Shown here in pieces: positions 59,056 through 64,000 of a stretch of 64,000 nucleotides of DNA. The notes beneath the pieces are model-generated. The model did no database searches. It was given only the letters and a program-made list of their open reading frames with translations, and was not told where the DNA came from. Numbering within the stretch: the stretch's first letter is position 1; each line of letters starts with the position of its first letter. The translations under genes and the position numbers were made by a program. Source of the DNA: the human T2T-CHM13v2.0 reference genome, Homo sapiens; NCBI RefSeq assembly GCF_009914755.1, contig NC_060944.1; one strand, given 5' to 3'.

Positions 59056-62000
59056 CATCTTTTAGCATGACATGAGAAACTTAGTGGGACTACTCCCCAG
59101 TGACGCTGGTGAAAATTATACATATATATGTGTATATATATATACTATTTACAGTCTCTGGAAATTGTTCTAAGAGTATACAGCAAATGACACAACTATT
59201 CAAGACAATCTGCCAAAATTCACTAAAAACAGTGAGAATCTGTGGTATTTGAACTAAGACTACTCTCTCCTTCCCCTCTCCCAGCTCAGCAAGACAAAAA
59301 CTTCACTCCAGTGTAGTGTAGCCAAGAACCCAAGGCTCCTCCTACACCCACTTCCTAGCTTGGAGGACTAGCTTACTGGGAGGGGAAGGATTTCAGCATT
59401 CCTCACCCTGCCCTCAGCTACCTGTAGATGAGCCTAAGTTCTCTGAAAGTTTAGCCAACAGGGAGGTTTCCCTCCTCCTGCTAGCTTCCACTGATAAGAC
59501 GGAGGCTCTTGTTGGGGCAAAGCACCTTTGAAACTACTGGGGTCTCTTGTCTCCATTTATAAGGCCATGGTTTCATGCTAGGAGAAGCAAGCAGAGGTCA
59601 GCTGAGACTACTGTCTCCTCTTCTGCTTAAAGTTCAGCTTCTAAAGCAGGGATGTCACTCAGAGAATAGCTCATCACTGTCCCATACTGCCTGCTATCTG
59701 CTACCTTTTGCCAGTTCAAGAGCCTTGGCTCAGTGATTCTGCCTGAAGGTCAAAGTAGGCCTTAAAACAGATAACTCCTAATTTCTTCACAAAGGAAGTG
59801 GCTTCGTTTGCAACAGAGTATGAAGATGTTTAATCCTGAGGGCATTCTCAAGAAGGATAAAGTTTGTGGTGAAAGGTAATTGGGAAAATACTAGCTACTC
59901 ACTGGAGATATAGATTAAACTGTGGATGAGGGGATTTTCCAGAGAAAATGGGGAAAGAGACATCTAAGGAAATCTTTCCTGAGGTCAGAACAAATCTAAA
60001 ATGCTGACTTTAGTTTGACAGTGTTAGTATGCAGAGCAGTTTATGCCCTAGAATACTATTGAAAACAACAGAGCAATCAGACAGCAATTAAAGGCTCTTA
60101 ACAGCTGGGCATGATTAGAGAAGTGATAGTCAAAGAGCTCTGTCGGAGCCAGTTAACCCAAGGTGACCATAGGCCCATCCAAGGCTGCAGCCCCTGAAGG
60201 TTATCATCATAAGTTTAATCATACGTGAGGAAAATAGATACCAATAAAATAGCTGATCTAGTTACTAAATAAAAAGACAATAAAATAACAATAATAAGCC
60301 CTAGAAAAGCAGAGGTGATACTCAGAGTGGCTACTATATATTATCTAAAATGTCCAGTTTCCAACAGATATTACAACACATGCAAAACAAAAACAAAACA
60401 GCAAAGCATGATCAATACGCTGAAAATATAGCAGGTAATTGAAAATACCTGTAAGATAAGCCAGATGTTGGATTTAACAAACAAAACTTCAAAGAAGCCA
60501 TTATAAATATGGTAAAAAAAAAAAAGAAATCATGATTTAAAGAGTAAAAGAAGGTACAATGACAATGTTGTATCAAATAAAAAACAACAATAAAGAGAAA
60601 TTATTTTTCAAAGTAGGAATTTTAGAAGGGAAAAATAAAATGAAAATGAAAAATTCTCTTGAGGGGCTCGACAGTATATTTGAACTGGCAGAAGAAAGAA
60701 TGTGTAAACTTGAAGATAGATCAAAATTGATTACACAAGTTGAAGAACAGAGGGGAGAAAAGAAATAAGCTATCAAGCCATGAAAAGACATGAGGGAGAC
60801 TTAACTCATATTGCTGAGTGAAAGAAGACAATCTGAAAAAGGCTACATATTATGATTTCAACTATATGACATTTTGGGAAAGGCAAAACTATAGAAGCAG
60901 TAAAACGACCAGTAGTTGTCAGGAGTTTGGTGGAAGGTGGGGGAGAGATGAACAGATTAAGCCCAAGGGATTTTTAGGGTGGTAAAAACATTCTGTATGA
61001 AAATACAGTAATAGATATGTTTCATAATTAGTCAAATCCCATAGAACTGTATAACAAGAAGTGTAAACAGTTTAAACTTAGAGTTCATAGAACCTTAAGG
61101 TAAACTACTGATTACAGTTAATAATATTGCATGAATATTAGTTCATCAACAGTAACACACGTGCCACACCAGTGCAAAATGTTAATAATAGGGGAAATTG
61201 TGTGCTGGGGTGGAGGAATTGGGTGGAGTGGGTATATGGAAATCTTTGTACTATATCCTTAAATATTCTGTAAACCTAAAATTGTACTAAAAATAAAGTC
61301 TATTAATTATTCTTTTAAAAAGTGAACAGATCCTCAGGGAAATGTGTTACACTATTAAGGAAACCAACATATGTATAATGAGAGAACCAGAAGGAGAGAA
61401 TAGATAGAAAGAAGGATAAAAATAATTGAAGAAATGACTAAAAACTTCCAATATTTGTTGAAAAAGATTGATCTATACAGCCAGGAATCTCAAGCAGGAT
61501 AGAAAGAGATCCACAAACAAGCATCTCATAGTAAAAATGCTAACCAAAGACAAGAAGATGGCTGAAAAAAGAAAATCTTGGAAACAGCAAGAGAAAAATA
61601 ACTTGTCATTTAAACAGACTCCCGATACAATTAACTGCTGAATTTTCATCAGAAACAATGGAGGTCGGATGGCAATGGGAAAACATTCAAAGTGCTCAAA
61701 ATGAAAACCACACTTCATCAAGAATTCTATAATCAGCAGGGCTATCTTTCAAAACCTGGAAGTTAACTGAAGAATTTTCATTAAAAAAAAGTAAGTAAAA
61801 ATGTTGCTGGGAGGACTGCCTTATAAGAAATATGAAAGGAAGTTCTTTAGGCTGAAAGCAAGTGACACCATATGGTAATTCAAATTCACATGAAGAAATA
61901 AAGAGCAAAGGTGATGATAATTTTGTAATTATAAATACTATAAATGTGTATTTCTGTCCCTTATTCTATTAATTATTTTTAAATTAATTGTATAAAAATA

Positions 62001-63210
62001 TGTATATAATGAATTGTTTGACCTATGACATAAAAAAATAATGTTTTTGCCAAACACAGCACAAAGGAGGTGGGTGAAAGAAGTTACTGGTGGTAACTTG
62101 AATCCAGAGGAAGAAATAGAGGTTTGGAAATGATAAATGAGGAGATTAATATAGCAATATCTATAAATATATACTTGCTCTCTTTTCTTCTTTTAGATTA
62201 TTTAAAAAGCATAAAATCATAAAGTTCTGTTTATAACAATTTATTGGGGGGTTGTAACATTTGTAGATGTTATAATAGCACAAAAACTGTCTCACTGGAA
62301 TTTAGTATAAATCTGAAGCTGGTTTTGTTAAGTTTGGTGTTTATAATTAAAGTCCTGGAACAACCACAAAAGGAATAACCCAAGAAATAAAGTAAAAAAA
62401 AAAATCACTAAAGAAATTAAAATGCTACACAAGAAAATATTCACTCCATACAAAAGAAAGCAATAAAGGGAAAATAGAGGAACAAAAAGAATGAGACATT
62501 TAGAAAACAAAAAGTAAAATGACAGATGTAAATTCATCTACATCAATAATCACATTACATGTAAATGGATTGAACAACCCCATAAAAAGACAGAAATAGA
62601 CTGGATTTTTAAAAAGATTCAATTATATGCTATTTACAGGAGCCACGTTCTAGACTCAAAAATACTACACTGAAAATCAAAGTTGGAAAAAGATGGATCA
62701 TACACACAGCAACCATAAGAAAGCTGGAGTCACTGTGTTACTATCAAACAAATTTGGCTCTGAAACAAAAATAAATGTTACTGGAGATAAAAAGGAAAAT
62801 TTAATAATGATAAAAAGGTCAATCCATCAGGAAGATATAACAATTATAAGCTTGTATACAATAAAAGACTACCAAAATACTAGAGGCAAGAACTGACAGA
62901 AATGAAAGGAGAAATAGGGAGTTTGTTATCATCATCAACAACAACAAAACACTTGGAAACTTGAATATTCTGCTGTATTCCGATGAATACAGCTAGTTCA
63001 AAGATCAACAAGGAAGCAGAGACCTGAACAACACTACAGAGCAACCACACTTAACAAACATTTATTGACCACACCTAACAACAGTAGACTATACATTTGT
63101 CTTGATTCTTCTGCATTCTCCAAAATAGACTTTATGCTGGGCCAAAAATAAACCTTGCTAAATTTAACAACGTTCAAATAGTACAAAGTATCCTCTCTGA
63201 CCACAATGGA
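59056..63210 (+). mobile_element. Old L1M 5' region (5'UTR, ORF1, start of ORF2) with a nested L1MC 3' fragment (~60765-61310)
   Basis: ORF1-like LEGLDSIFELAEERMCKLEDRS (60559 ORF) and EN-like KKAGVTVLLS..MIKRSIHQEDITI (62693 ORF). Confidence 0.75.
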
Positions 63211-63211
63211 A

Positions 63212-64000
63212 TGATACATGTTACAACATGGGTGATGAATCTTGAAAACATGCTAAGCAAAAATGCTAGTTGCAAAAGACTATACAAAACGTCCAGAAAG
63301 AGTATATCTACAGAGACAGAAAGTAAATTAGTAGTAGCTTAGGGCTCAGATGGGAGTGAGGCAGGGGAGAATAGGAGAGTGATACCTAAAGATTTCAGGC
63401 TTTCTTTTTGAGATCATAAAAATGTTCTAAACTTGATTGTGAGTATAATTGCACATATCTGTAAATACACTGAAATCATTGGATTATACACTTTAAATGG
63501 TTGAATTGTATTATATGTGAATTATATCCCAATAAAACTGTTTAAAACATGTTAGATAATTCCCAAATAGAACATTATAATAATAAAATGTGCAATCCAC
63601 AATGAAGAACTAAGACCTATGAATATGAATGCATCAAATAATATAGCACTTATATTTTAGAAGCTGAAACTATAAGAAATACAGAGAAATTCACATAAAA
63701 ATTTTATGGCCTAATATTTTTATTTATTTATCTCATTCCATGACAGATTAAGTAGACAAAAATAAAAATTTACAAAACTTAAATGATATAATTTATTGCA
63801 GGGGTTCATATGCATATTTATATATACACACACATTGATTCTTGCCTAAAAACCAAGTATTAATTCTTCTAGACAAGCACCCCAGGAATACTCACAGAAG
63901 TTATCGAATATTAGACCTTAGAGGAAAATATAAGTAATATTTGAAATGTAAAAATAACGAAAATATGCTCTGATCACACTGCAAAAATCCAGAAATAAAT
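63212..64000 (+). mobile_element. L1MB-type 3' end (~63212-63545) followed by an older L1M endonuclease-region fragment
   Basis: tacaacatgg..atgaatcttgaaaacatgctaag...tgtgaattatatcccaataaa; then a decayed EN-like sequence. Confidence 0.65.

Overview
Human (or closely related great-ape) genomic DNA, about half of it interspersed repeats. I recognise it from recalled mRNA sequence (no database search was run) as the 5' end of PAK5 (PAK7, chr20p12) on the minus strand. It holds a CpG-island promoter with non-coding exon 1 (~23664-23980), a 106-nt non-coding exon (3571-3676) about 20 kb downstream, and ~40 kb of upstream intergenic DNA. No host protein-coding exon is visible; the only long ORF is a 5'-truncated L1PA2 ORF2 (43317-46358). 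I see no convincing new gene system. The most unusual signals are: (i) a young L1PA2 with no target-site duplication and truncated repeats on both flanks, probably an L1 insertion-mediated deletion; (ii) a cluster of short, locally copied insertions, a fold-back and tandem duplications at 26-36 kb; (iii) uORFs in the PAK5 5'UTR exons; (iv) an LTR8/LTR10/AluY nest with intact and degenerate AP-1 motifs; (v) candidate RFX, CTCF, RE1-like and recursive-splice motifs in intron 1. Repeat subfamily names and ends are by eye and approximate.
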